The position numbers and the translations under genes were made by a program. The notes beneath the pieces were generated by a model, which was given only the letters and a program-made list of their open reading frames with translations, was not told where the DNA came from and searched no databases. A stretch of 56,481 bases of DNA from Thraustochytrium aureum (lineage: Eukaryota), in assembly GCA_012862495.1 (NCBI GenBank), contig BLSG01000091.1, positions 21,675 to 78,155 on the forward strand, read 5' to 3'. Below are positions 25,779-36,929 of this stretch, one piece after another (positions within the stretch are counted from its first letter, which is position 1; each line of letters starts with the position of its first letter).

Positions 25779-26825
25779 ATGAGCGCCAGCGAGGCAGTTG
25801 AACTTGGGCTCGGCGGCGTTGGAGGAGAGCCGCGCAAGTCCAAGGCCAAGGCCAAGGCCAAGATAAAGGTAAAGACGCGGGTCAAGCGAACCCGGTCGCG
25901 CGTGTCAAGCAGCTCGGATGACCGGGCCCCTTCCTTACAGAAGGTTGCCAGCGTGATTTTCGCGCTGGTCCGACTCAGCCTGGAGCTGCTCGTGTCTCTT
26001 TGCCGTGGCGCGGATCGGCGCCGCGTCGCAGCCAGCAATCTGGCAAAATACCTTAAGGCCTGCGCCCAAAGCGCGAGGCGCGAGCCCGTGGCGGCGCTCA
26101 AAATGTCGGTCTGGGCGGTGGTCCTGTGTTTGGTACTTGTCGCAGGGCTCAGTGCGCTCGGTTTGGACGTCAGCCCCGTGGGCGTTTCGGGACTCGGCGC
26201 TGATCCAGGTGGAGGACGGCTCCGGCTCTTCATCTTCCAGTCAAGCGAGGTGCAAGAACCGCCGCCGGTGGCGCCTGCAGGTGGCGAGGCCACGGAAGAC
26301 GACGAAGACGGTATCCCGATGCCCTCAACGGCGGCCAAGAAACGGATGACAAAGAAACTAGAGATCAAGTTCGCCTGCGATGAAGTCGCTTGCCTGGAGA
26401 CGTGCTCAACCAAGGTGACGAAAAAGTGCAAAGAGAGCGAGGGCTGCATGCGGCAGCGCCTCACCTATTGCAAGAAAAAGTGCCGCAAGCAGCGCTGTGA
26501 AGAGCGGTGCAAAAACGAGCCGCAGATCGGCTACGTGGAGCGCGAAATGAAGCTAGACAAGTGCAAGGAGGACTGCCAGGCAAACGGGTCGCCGCAAAAG
26601 TGTGTCGACAAGTGCGAGAAAACGTTCCAGACCTGCAAGAGCAAGTGCAGCGAGCGCCGGAAAAAGTTTGTGTGCGACCGCCAGCCAGACATTCCCTTCC
26701 CTGGCCAAGCATCTGCCATCGTGGCGGCTGCCTCGGAGGACGACGATGCTGGCGAGGCCTCTGAAAGCTTTGGTGCTTCGTCGGGCGAGTCTGCCGACGC
26801 TGGAGTCGAGGACGAGGAGATTTGA
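25779..26825 (+). CDS. Uncharacterised probable type II membrane protein with a 16-Cys, Cx3C-rich domain
   Basis: Basic N-terminus, hydrophobic helix MSVWAVVLCLVLVAGLSALGL, six Cx3C pairs and an acidic tail; coding-like codon usage. Confidence 0.75.
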   Translation: MSASEAVELGLGGVGGEPRKSKAKAKAKIKVKTRVKRTRSRVSSSSDDRAPSLQKVASVIFALVRLSLELLVSLCRGADRRRVAASNLAKYLKACAQSARREPVAALKMSVWAVVLCLVLVAGLSALGLDVSPVGVSGLGADPGGGRLRLFIFQSSEVQEPPPVAPAGGEATEDDEDGIPMPSTAAKKRMTKKLEIKFACDEVACLETCSTKVTKKCKESEGCMRQRLTYCKKKCRKQRCEERCKNEPQIGYVEREMKLDKCKEDCQANGSPQKCVDKCEKTFQTCKSKCSERRKKFVCDRQPDIPFPGQASAIVAAASEDDDAGEASESFGASSGESADAGVEDEEI

Positions 26826-27369
26826 TTCGAAATCGATGGTGGCGGGAAGCCGGAACGCGGCCTTCCTTCATCTAGAGATCTCAACTCCTGCTTTCAACTG
26901 TGAATGACGGCTGCTTTGGCGGCGTCGTTCTGCCATTGACTGGTGAGGTCAAGTATCGTGCCTTTGCCCCGACTGCCCGGCATTACGCGTTCGGCACCCC
27001 ACCCCACGCGCCGCTCCGTCGCCCAATTTGCGCGCCCTGTCTGCCCCACCCGCAGTCTTCTCGCAGCTCGGTGCTCGAAAGGCGCTGACGGGGCTTTGGG
27101 GCAATATGGTGGTGGTGTTTGTCGCGACGAGGATACGGCACGGCCCCTGACCCCTCCTGTTTTGCTTATCAACTGCAAACTTACGCTTCCAAATCCCTGC
27201 CCAGCGCTTCCGCGCTCGCCCTCGCAGCTCGCTCGTCGCCAGCGCGCCCGGCCTGCTTTTCGCCCTGGCGCTTGCTTGACTTGTGTGAGTCCTGGGCCGC
27301 CCAAAACCACCCACCGAACGACCGCGTAGAGCGCGGAAGCGCCGCGCTCGCAGGACAGTCTGCGGCGCC

Positions 27370-27685
27370 ATGGCGGGCGAGGACTGCTGGGACGACACAG
27401 TCATCGTCGACGCCTTCAACCGGGCCCTTGCCACGCACGACGGCGCGGACGGGACCGCGCGCGCCTTCCATGGCGCACTGCCCGCGACGACGGCCGAGGA
27501 GATTGCAAGTGGCGCGGACTCGGCGCACGACGGAGCCGAGGGCGCCTCGGGGCCAGACCAGGGCCAGCGCGGCGGCGCGCCAGACATGATCTGGCACGCT
27601 GTGCAGCCAGAGTCGCCTCGCCAGGCGGCGCGAGGGGCAGCGCCGTGCGCGCCTCAACCTGGAGGGTTCGAGTTCGGTGCACCGC
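27370..27685 (+). CDS. SMN: SMN (survival motor neuron)-like protein, N-terminal part; C-terminus probably in gap 27686-27876
   Basis: N-terminal EDCWDDTVIVDAFNRAL matches the Gemin2-binding motif of SMN (DIWDDTALIKAYDKAV). The YG box is not visible. Confidence 0.65.
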
Positions 27686-28203
27686 NNNNNNNNNNNNNNN
27701 NNNNNNNNNNNNNNNNNNNNNNNNNNNNNNNNNNNNNNNNNNNNNNNNNNNNNNNNNNNNNNNNNNNNNNNNNNNNNNNNNNNNNNNNNNNNNNNNNNNN
27801 NNNNNNNNNNNNNNNNNNNNNNNNNNNNNNNNNNNNNNNNNNNNNNNNNNNNNNNNNNNNNNNNNNNNNNNNNNNNGTATGAAGCGCTTTATGGGAGCCA
27901 GAGCGAGGCCAACGATCATGGCCAAGATGATGCCTAGCTGGAGGCGCCTCAGCGCGCGCGCGGGATGGCAGCGGCGTGGCCGGCGAGCGCAGGCGCGCAT
28001 TCGGGCGCGAGCGCCTGCGGAGCGCTTGCGGAGCGCTTGCGCCACTCGGCAATGATCCCAGTGGTGCGGGGCGTAGCAAGGAAATGGCAAAAGTGCAGGG
28101 AGGCGTTCGGTTTTGAAGGGCCGTGGCCGGGCGCCGCAGACCTGCGGTTTACCCTGCGGTCGGCTTGTTTTAATAAAAACCTCTAGCTCGCTCGGCTACA
28201 CCC

Positions 28204-30186
28204 TCAAAGCGGAGTCGTTCCAAAGTTGCCGAGCTCGGTGCGCAAGCGCCGCCCCCGAGGCCCTGCGGAGCCCAAAATTGCGTCGCGCGCCTCGCCAGCA
28301 GTGACAGCTTGAACGTGGCTGTGGCGCTCGCGGAACGTCGCGATCACCGCGGCCTCGTCGCCGCCGCTAAAGGCACCGCTCTCAACAGCCACGTTGGGCT
28401 GGCAAGGGCGCCCAAACGCCGCTCGGCAGGCCTGCAACGCGTTCCCGCTCGGCACGAAGACGGAACCCGTCTCGGACGAGGTGCGCGGCTGGCGCGAGCG
28501 CTCAAAAAAGTTGCCCTCGGCGAGGAGCGTGCCCCCCTCCGAGACGTCAAAGTTGTGGCCCGAGCTGTCGGTCCACAGGTTGTTCACAGCGTGCAATACA
28601 ATGTTGCTGTTCGCACCGCCTCCCAGCTTTGGCGCCCGTCCAGAGGTGTCGTGAAAGTGGTTGCCTACCATCGTGATGCGCGAGTCCTTGCCGTAGAGCA
28701 GGGCAGTCCAGTAGTGCTTGCCGTCGCAGGCCGCGCTGGTCGCGGTGCGTCCGTCAAACTCGGTATTGCTAACCGTGAGGCGGCCAGAGCCACCAAAACC
28801 GGTGACCAGCATTTGGCGCCCAACTTGGCTGATTTTGAGGTGGTCGAGCCACACCATGTCCGATGGGTACTCAATCCCGTTGCTCTTGGTGCCCCAAACC
28901 TGTATCGCGTCGCCGCCCCAGACCAGGTGGGGGTTGAGCTGAGTGATGTGAATGTTTTGCACGATCACGTTGGATCCTGTGATCTTGAGGCCTTTGCCGC
29001 GCAAGACGCCCTTCGTGCCTTCCCCGCGGAGCGTTTTGTGGCTCCGCACAACAAGGTTGTTGGTTGCCGCTTGGTCAAAGGTAACCTGGACCTTGGGTTC
29101 GCTGCCCTCGCAGTGCCCGGCGCGCTTGAGCGAGTCTTGTCCGCGACCGACGCATGGCAGGTGGTGCGAGGGCCGGCAGCCCTCCTCGGTGATGATCCCC
29201 TCGGTGCCCTCAAAGTTAAACTCTTTGTTGAGGACGATCACTCGCGGTTGGTCGTCCGCGAGCAAGGAGGCCAGCTCTTCGCGCGTCGCGGGGTAGGTCG
29301 GGGCAACGTCCCCTCCACCAGTCACGCCCACGGCGAAGCCGAGGCCCTGGGCCGCCTTGCGGTCCTTGGTCGAGTAGACGCTGTTGAGCAGAAAGGCGCC
29401 GCAAATCTCGTTCGGGTTCCCTGAGCATGCCCAGTTGCACTCTTGCTCCGCAGCTGGCCCAATTTTGTCATGCGCGAGCCCGCACCAGCACTCGCGCCCG
29501 TACTGAACTCCCGCGTACGTGTATCCGAGCCTGGCGCACTCATCGACGCAGATCGCCGGAGTCGTGCGCGCCTCGTCCATGCGGACGCGGTGCTCCAGCA
29601 CCCGGCGCCGCTGACCGTTGTGCTGGACCCACCCGTCCTGCCAGCAGCCCTCGTACACCATCATCGCGCGATACACATCGTTGGTGAGGAATCCGCCGCA
29701 CTTGCTGCCGCGGTTACCGCTGCAGTCCTTGTCGCAGGCCGACTGGGGAAGCTTGGCTCCAGAGTTCTTCACGGAGCAAAAGCACTCGCGCCCAAACTGC
29801 AGGCCGGCGTAAGGGTATCCAAAGTTGCGGCAGGCATCAATGCAGGCCTGCGGCGTCATCGTGTTGGCATCGAGCGGCGCGAGAAACTCCATCTCGCGCG
29901 CAGCACTGTCCTGGAAGCACCCTATGTGACCATCCGTGGAGCCAAAGCCCAGTGTTGTCCCGGTTCCTTCACCATTGCCGCCCGTCTCGTCGAGCTTTGT
30001 TGCCGTCGAGCCGTCGTCGCCCGATGAGACAACCAGCCCGATGGCCGTTCCAACCGCCCCGACGAGGAGGAGGGCAGCGGCGAGACCTATGAGGCGGCGC
30101 TTTTGACGCGAGCCATCACCGGTGCCGTCTTCGACGTCCTTGATGGCGGCCGCCTGGGCGCCAGGGGGTGGTCCGACGGCAGACAT
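28204..30186 (-). CDS. Membrane-anchored pectin lyase (PL1, fungal/oomycete PelA-like) with two WSC domains
   Basis: Signal anchor [22 protein letters not shown]; two WSC domains (GC..D...T...C...C...GY.YAG.Q.GREC.C...C...CSGN...CG); PL1 motifs [69 protein letters not shown]. Confidence 0.92.
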   Translation of the reverse strand: MSAVGPPPGAQAAAIKDVEDGTGDGSRQKRRLIGLAAALLLVGAVGTAIGLVVSSGDDGSTATKLDETGGNGEGTGTTLGFGSTDGHIGCFQDSAAREMEFLAPLDANTMTPQACIDACRNFGYPYAGLQFGRECFCSVKNSGAKLPQSACDKDCSGNRGSKCGGFLTNDVYRAMMVYEGCWQDGWVQHNGQRRRVLEHRVRMDEARTTPAICVDECARLGYTYAGVQYGRECWCGLAHDKIGPAAEQECNWACSGNPNEICGAFLLNSVYSTKDRKAAQGLGFAVGVTGGGDVAPTYPATREELASLLADDQPRVIVLNKEFNFEGTEGIITEEGCRPSHHLPCVGRGQDSLKRAGHCEGSEPKVQVTFDQAATNNLVVRSHKTLRGEGTKGVLRGKGLKITGSNVIVQNIHITQLNPHLVWGGDAIQVWGTKSNGIEYPSDMVWLDHLKISQVGRQMLVTGFGGSGRLTVSNTEFDGRTATSAACDGKHYWTALLYGKDSRITMVGNHFHDTSGRAPKLGGGANSNIVLHAVNNLWTDSSGHNFDVSEGGTLLAEGNFFERSRQPRTSSETGSVFVPSGNALQACRAAFGRPCQPNVAVESGAFSGGDEAAVIATFRERHSHVQAVTAGEARDAILGSAGPRGRRLRTELGNFGTTPL

Positions 30187-31141
30187 CTTTGCTCTGTTTC
30201 TGGCCGGCTGATGCTGGCTTCGGGCTCGTCAAGGAGTTCGAGTCGATTGGAGGTCTGCGATTCAACCTCGTTGAGAACGCTTCTGCGCAATGGCCGCCCC
30301 TCGAGAGAGCTACTTGCGTTGTGCGTGAAAACCGATTCGGGCTCTGGTCAAACGTGGAGCCGAGCTCGCCGACAAATGTACCTGTCACGATTGGCACGTC
30401 CAGCTCGCAACGGGCGCTGCTGCGTGCAACGAGTGGCGGCGGCCGGTCCTAAAGTCGCTTTCAACAAAATGTGCNNNNNNNNNNNNNNNNNNNNNNNNNN
30501 NNNNNNNNNNNNNNNNNNNNNNNNNNNNNNNNNNNNNNNNNNNNNNNNNNNNNNNNNNNNNNNNNNNNNNNNNNNNNNNNNNNNNNNNNNNNNNNNNNNN
30601 NNNNNNNNNNNNNNNNNNNNNNNNNNNNNNNNNNNNNNNNNNNNNNNNNNNNNNNNNNNNNNNNNNNNNNNNNNNNNNNNNNNNNNNNNNNNNNNNNNNN
30701 NNNNNNNNNNNNNNNNNNNNNNNNNNNNNNNNNNNNNNNNNNNNNNNNNNNNNNNNNNNNNNNNNNNNNNNNNNNNNNNNNNNNNNNNNNNNNNNNNNNN
30801 NNNNNNNNNNNNNNNNNNNNNNNNNNNNNNNNNNNNNNNNNNNNNNNNNNNNNNNNNNNNNNNNNNNNNNNNNNNNNNNNNNNNNNNNNNNNNNNNNNNN
30901 NNNNNNNNNNNNNNNNNNNNNNNNNNNNNNNNNNNNNNNNNNNNNNNNNNNNNNNNNNNNNNNNNNNNNNNNNNNNNNNNNNNNNNNNNNNNNNNNNNNN
31001 NNNNNNNNNNNNNNNNNNNNNNNNNNNNNNNNNNNNNNNNNNNNNNNNNNNNNNNNNNNNNNNNNNNNNNNNNNNNNNNNNNNNNNNNNNNNNNNNNNNN
31101 NNNNNNNNNNNNNNNNNNNNNNNNNNNNNNNNNNNNNNNNN

Positions 31142-32131
31142 GATCTTCTTGAGCTCGGCAGCGCGCTCGTCGCTCTGCAGCCCGTCGCCGTTGCCCAGGC
31201 GCTCGGCCTCCTCGATCTGGGCGCGCGTGAGCGGCATCTGGCCCTTGCTGCGGAACACCTCCTCGGTGATGAGCTTGCCGTCGACGAAATGCGTAACAAA
31301 CTGGTGCTCCTCCTCGGTCTTCTCCCCGACGCGCTTGGCGCCGAGCGTGCGGTAGTCGACGGTGTGCGTGTGAATGTCGGCCTCGCCGCGGTGCACGTTG
31401 ATAGTGGTCTCGGAGACGCCGGCGTGGATGAGCTTGTGCTCTTTCTCGTCGAACACGTTCTGCGAGTAGTTGATCTCCAAGCCGGAGCTAAGGTCCACCT
31501 GCACGATGCTGTGCGGCGCCTTGATGTGCAACTTGCACGACTCGCAGTGAGACACCTCCAGGTGCGAGGTGATGGAGATGGCTTCTACGGTGATCTCGAC
31601 GTTCTCGCAGTCCTCCATGAAAACCTTAACCACGCGAAGGTTGAGGTCGCGCGGGATCCTGTACGACGAGTTCTTCGCGCCCTTGACATGGATCACGCGC
31701 TTGCCATCCAGAAAGGCGTCCGTGAGAATGTGCGTTTCGCCTTCGTGGGACACCAGCGCGCGGGCCGCGGCCTCGGCGGCCTGCTTGCCGTTCCACGCCG
31801 CTTTCGCTGCCTTGAGCGCGGCGCGCTTCTCCATGTCAGTCTTCTCGGCCTCGCTCATTGGTCCCTTGCCAATGCCGAGCTTCTCGGCAGATTCCTTGGC
31901 TAGCACCTTGTCCTCTTCCTCCACTTCCTTGACCTTTTCGTTGGCAAACTTGTCCCATTTCGAGTAGTAGTCCGTGCGCTTGGCGGCTAGCTCTGCCGAG
32001 TCCGGGTCTGCGCTCCGGCGCTTCGCGGCCACGTCAGCAGCGTCGGGGGCCGGGCCTGGAGCCGTGGCAGGGTCATTCGCTGGGTTCGCGGCCTCGGCCG
32101 CCGCCGCGCTGGCCTCCTTGACCACGTCCAT
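31142..32131 (-). CDS. Protein with a DYxxKWD motif and a C-CAP/cofactor C-like beta-helix, probably followed by TPR repeats; 3' end in gap 30475-31141
   Basis: KRTDYYSKWDKF motif; beta-helix-like VVKVFMEDCENVEITV...SHLEVSHCESCKLHI...IVQVDLS, ending EEHQFVTHFVDGKLITE as in the CAP C-terminus; ERAAELKK at the gap edge resembles a TPR start. Confidence 0.65.
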
Positions 32132-32204
32132 CCTTGTCGTCCGTCACACGCGGCGCACAGCCCGCCTCGCGTTCCTGGCTCGTAGCGTCCAACCGCGGCG
32201 CTGG

Positions 32205-32205
32205 C

Positions 32206-32239
<34 letters not shown>

Positions 32240-32330
32240 GCTTGCGCTTGTCTTGCTGCCCGTGCTGGTGTTGCTGCTGCTGCTGCTGGTGTTGCTGCCC
32301 GTGCTGGTGTTGCTGCTGCTGCTCCTGCTG
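32205..32330 (+). repeat. (CTG)n trinucleotide tract with duplicated TTGCTGCCCGTGCTGGTGTTGCTGCTGCTG units
   Basis: Directly visible; lies between the divergent C-CAP-like and GatA genes. Confidence 0.85.
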
Positions 32331-32884
32331 CTCGGGCTACCTGCTCTGCGTTCCGGCTCTGCGTCTCCCTCCGCGCGGCCTGCGCGACGTGCTGAGTGAG
32401 TGAAGTGTTCTGGGTGGTTTGTGTATGTAGCAGCAGTGGGATGTGCAGCGGCTGGGGAGACAAAGGACTGCTGTGCGGTGTGCAGTGCAGCCGAGGGAAA
32501 TAAAATCCCTCAAGAGCGCTGCGCGAGATGGCGAGTTCACCGCGATGCGCTGGCCCGACACTCTCGCGCGCCTGTGAGGCAGGCCGGTGTTGTCCTCGCA
32601 CAAACAAAATGAGCAGAAGCTCCCAGCGCAGCGCACGGGTGCGAGTCTGTCTGCGAGGAAGGCAGCTCGAGCCTCGCCCTCTCTGCGCAGTGTGCGGCAT
32701 GGAGACTTCTCGAAGCCCCGAGGGGGTCGACCCGCTCAGACGCGAATAGAGGGAGGAGCAAGGAGCTGCTCGCGTGGCACGCTCGCTGCGGCCGTGCCGC
32801 ATTCCGCGTCGCCAGCCTGCTCGCCAGCCTGCCGCCCAGGTCCCGCTGCCACTCGGGCCAGCGGCAGTGGAGCGCGGCGCGGCG

Positions 32885-34132
32885 ATGGCAGGGATGATGC
32901 GCCGCGTACTGGCAGGGTCGGCGACGTGCGAGCAGCTCGTGACGGAATGCCTCGAGAACTGCGCCACGAAAGGGCTCGCCGCGAACGCGCTCACGGAATG
33001 GGCGAGCGAAAGCGCGCAGCGCTCTGCTGTGCTGGCGCTGGCGCGGGCCGCTGATGCACGCAGAGCGGAGGGCCGGCCGCTGAGCGAAATCGACGGCATG
33101 CCGGTTGCGGTCAAGGACAACTTTTGCACCAAGGGCGACATGCCCGAAGGGCACTGGGCCACCACCGCGGCGTCCAAGGCGCTGCACAACTACCGGTCAC
33201 CATTCGACGCCACCGCGGTCGAGCGGTTGCGCGCGGCGGGGGCTATTGTGATAGCAAAGACCAACATGGACGAGTTTGGCATGGGCTCGTTCGGGACGAA
33301 CTCGTGCTTCGGGCCAACAACTCTGCAGCTCGAGGGCGACACGAGCCCACGAGCCGCGGGGGGGAGCTCGAGCGGGAGCGCGGCGGCTGTGGCCCTCGGG
33401 TGCGCCGCCGCGGCGATAGGTAGCGACACGGGTGGCTCGGTGAGGCTCCCTGCCGCCTTTTGCGGAGTCGTTGGCCTCAAGCCGACGTACGGGCGCATTC
33501 CGCGGTTCGGGCTCATTTCGTACGCAAGCTCGCTGGATACGGTTGGCATCCTCGCAGGATGCGTTTCAGATGCTAGAAGTGTCCTAAATGCGCTGGCCGG
33601 CCCTGACGGTCGCGATGCGACCTGCGTGCAAAGCGCGTGGACGCAGCTCGAGGGTTCGCCCCCGTCTGGTGCAGGGCTCCGAATCGGGGTCCCGATGGAG
33701 TGCTTTGTGGAGGAGCTGCCGGCGCAAGCTTTGGAGGCTTGGCAACGCGCAGCACAAGCCCTCGCGCGAGCAGGGGGCGGAACTCTGCCGGCTCCCGTGC
33801 AGGTCCCGGCCATTCGAGACGCGCTCCCCGCGTACTACATTCTCGCGTGCGCAGAGGCAGCCTCTAACCTTGCGCGCTACGACGGGGTTCAGTACGGGTA
33901 CCGGGCCGCGAGTGGCGGCCCTGCCACGCAAGGTCGCGACCTGCACGAAGAGTACACCTCGACGCGGACGGAGAGTTTCGGGGCCGAGGTGCAGCGGCGC
34001 CTCTTGATGGGCTCTTTCGCGCTCTCTGGCGACGCCTTCGACGATTATTACGTTCGCGCCCTTGCGGTGCGCGAGCAGCTCGCGCTCGACTTTGAGAACG
34101 TGTTCCGCCAGGTTGATGTCCTCGTCACGCCG
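32885..34132 (+). CDS. gatA: Glutamyl-tRNA(Gln) amidotransferase subunit A (organellar); C-terminus in gap 34133-34716
   Basis: Amidase signature: PVAVKDNF, KTNMDEFGMGS, GGSSSGSAAAVA, GSDTGGSVRLPAAFCGVVGLKPTYG. GatA-specific EAASNLARYDGVQYG and FGAEVQRRLLMGSFALS. Confidence 0.93.
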
Positions 34133-34716
34133 NNNNNNNNNNNNNNNNNNNNNNNNNNNNNNNNNNNNNNNNNNNNNNNNNNNNNNNNNNNNNNNNNNNN
34201 NNNNNNNNNNNNNNNNNNNNNNNNNNNNNNNNNNNNNNNNNNNNNNNNNNNNNNNNNNNNNNNNNNNNNNNNNNNNNNNNNNNNNNNNNNNNNNNNNNNN
34301 NNNNNNNNNNNNNNNNNNNNNNNNNNNNNNNNNNNNNNNNNNNNNNNNNNNNNNNNNNNNNNNNNNNNNNNNNNNNNNNNNNNNNNNNNNNNNNNNNNNN
34401 NNNNNNNNNNNNNNNNNNNNNNNNNNNNNNNNNNNNNNNNNNNNNNNNNNNNNNNNNNNNNNNNNNNNNNNNNNNNNNNNNNNNNNNNNNNNNNNNNNNN
34501 NNNNNNNNNNNNNNNNNNNNNNNNNNNNNNNNNNNNNNNNNNNNNNNNNNNNNNNNNNNNNNNNNNNNNNNNNNNNNNNNNNNNNNNNNNNNNNNNNNNN
34601 NNNNNNNNNNNNNNNNNNNNNNNNNNNNNNNNNNNNNNNNNNNNNNNNNNNNNNNNNNNNNNNNNNNNNNNNNNNNNNNNNNNNNNNNNNNNNNNNNNNN
34701 NNNNNNNNNNNNNNNN

Positions 34717-36229
34717 ACCTGGCCAAAGACCGCTACGGGTGCTTCATGGTCATCGCCTTCCTGCGGTACGGCGACGACAAGCAGCGGCTCAAGGTCCTCA
34801 ACGAGTTTCGCAACCAAATGCGCCGCCTCGCCACGCACAACTGCGCCTCCTCCGTGCTCGACTTTGCCCTCTCGCACTGCGACATCGAGGTGGCAAAAAC
34901 CAGCGCGGGTCCACCAAGAAGGCCAAAGAGGCGGCTGCGGCTTCCAGCGCCAGCCTCGTCCCCGTGCGCAGTGTGCTGCGCAAGCTGCGCCTCGAGCTCT
35001 ACGGGCGCGAGTTTGCCGTGTTTGCGCAGGCGGACACCAAGGACCCCAAAGTCATGCTTGCGCAGCTCGACCACAAGAAGCAGCTCACAGCCCTCGCGCA
35101 GCTCGAGCAGGTGGCCACCAAGATGGCCGAAAAGGGCATTTTGCGCCACGCCTTTGCGCACACCGTCGTCTTCAACCTCATCCAGCACTGCGAGGACCTC
35201 ATTGCGCAGAGCCCCGAGGCGACCGAGCCGGTGCCGGAGGCAGAGGGAGCGGAGCCGGCCAGGGACGCCCCGGGCGCAAAGGAAGTCGCCATCATCCAGG
35301 GTCTTATTCCGCTCGTCTCCGAGGCGTGCCTGGCGATGATCTCCAGCGCGGACGGCGCAGCTGCCGTCTGCCGCTGCATTGCGCACGCGGACGCCAAGCA
35401 GCGGAAAAAGGTTGTGCGCATGCTCAAGGGGCACGTCCCCAACTTGCTGTTCCACGAGTTTGGCTACGTCGTCCTCCTGGCGCTTGTCACTGTTATGGAC
35501 GACACCGTTCTGCTGAGAAAGTCGATCATGCTAGAGCTCGCCGAGCCAGCCGTTCTCGGCAACCTGGTGGACGTCACTTTGGCGCAGGACGCCGACTCGG
35601 TCTCCGAGGCTCGCGCGGTGCTGCTCGCTATGTTTGCCCCCACAAGCAAAACGTACTTGCTGCAGAAGGACGCGGCTCTCGTCGCGCCCGCGCCCGGGAC
35701 TTCCAAAAAGGACCCCGAGCAGCGCGGTAAGGAACTCGCCGAGGTCTTTGCCCCCGCGCTCGCTCAGGCCTGCAAGGGCAAGGCTGCGCAGATGATGGAG
35801 CAGGCCCGCCCTGCCGACCTCCTCTTCGAGACAATCAAGGCGACCTGGGACGAAGGCCTCATCGCCGAGCTCGTTGAGTTTGTGAGCGGCAAGCCCAAGG
35901 ACTGCCTCGAGCACCCTGCGCAGCACCGAACGCTCAAGCGTCTCGTCGCCGCAGAGGGAGCGGCGATGTCAGCCCCTGAGGGCGGCGATGGCGCGTCTGC
36001 GCCGCTTGCCGAGCCCTTGCTTGCTTCACGCCTGTTGGAGGTGGTCAAGCCGGCGATGGGCGAGTTGGTTGCTGTCAACCGTGCGTGCTTTGTGCTTGCC
36101 TCGCTCGTTGAGCACCCCGGCACGTCAGCCGCAGCGCGCGCCGCACTCAAGCCGCACACCAAGGCCATCAAGGCTGGCGATTCGGCGGGGGCCAAGGTGC
36201 TTGCAAAGGTGCTTGCCGCTTCTAAATGA
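34717..36229 (+). CDS. PUM3: Pumilio homolog 3 / Puf6 nucleolar RNA-binding protein; N-terminus in gap
   Basis: LAKDRYG..FLRYG...RRLATH..ASSVLD; LELYGREF; KQRKKVVR.LK; DDTVLLRK; CPL-domain TSKKDPEQRGKEL; NRACFVL. One indel at ~34908; TGA at 36227-36229. Confidence 0.88.
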
Positions 36230-36929
36230 CCTGTGCGCTGTTTGGTCAACGCCAAGCCCACGGGGCAACGTTTCCTCGCTGCTTGCAACAGCTCTCTGGC
36301 GCGGTGCGGATCTTGCATAGCCGCGGACGGAGCAGGGCTTGCTTGCCGGCTGCCGTCCTCGGCCAAGTAAATAAACAGTGCTTGCAATTATCCTGCTTGC
36401 GATCCATGCGATCTGCGCGTTGAATCGCCAGGGCGCCGCCCTTCGCTTCGCGAGCGCGAACGGAACGGGCCCGAGGTCCGCGGGCCGGCCTCAACTTGTT
36501 GAACCGCAAGGTGGGGGGGCTCCACAGTGTCCACCAACTCCCGAAGCCAGCCACCACCCACCACGGCATGCAATCAGCCAGAACCTCTCCTTTGATTGAT
36601 TTCAAGAAACCAAAATCGCATTTGGCGACGCTGGCGAGACTCGAATGGAGGCTTCGGCGCCCGCCTTGAGCTCCCGTCCCGTCATTGCGCCCCGGACTGA
36701 AAAGTGCCATTTGCAAGGGCAATTCTTGGCGGAACGCTTTTCCATGGCGCAGTTTTGCGCAGAGCCCAAACGCGCAGGTGCTGCGAGCTCACGCGCCAGC
36801 CGCAGCCTGCGCTCGAGGACCGCCTAGGCGAGCCCCGGAGCGCAAGTGGGACCACCTCTGAGCGCCGCCCGCTGCGCTGCTTTGAGCCCGCCCGATTCGG
36901 AGGCCGCGGCGAACGGGCCAGGTCTCGAG

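Noticed and set aside
32774..36229. Apparent 1,151-aa GatA-PUM3 fusion ORF
   Set aside because: The frame is only continuous through an N gap (34133-34716). PUM3 sequence right after the gap is in a different frame, and the GatA C-terminus and PUM3 N-terminus are both missing, so two genes are more likely.
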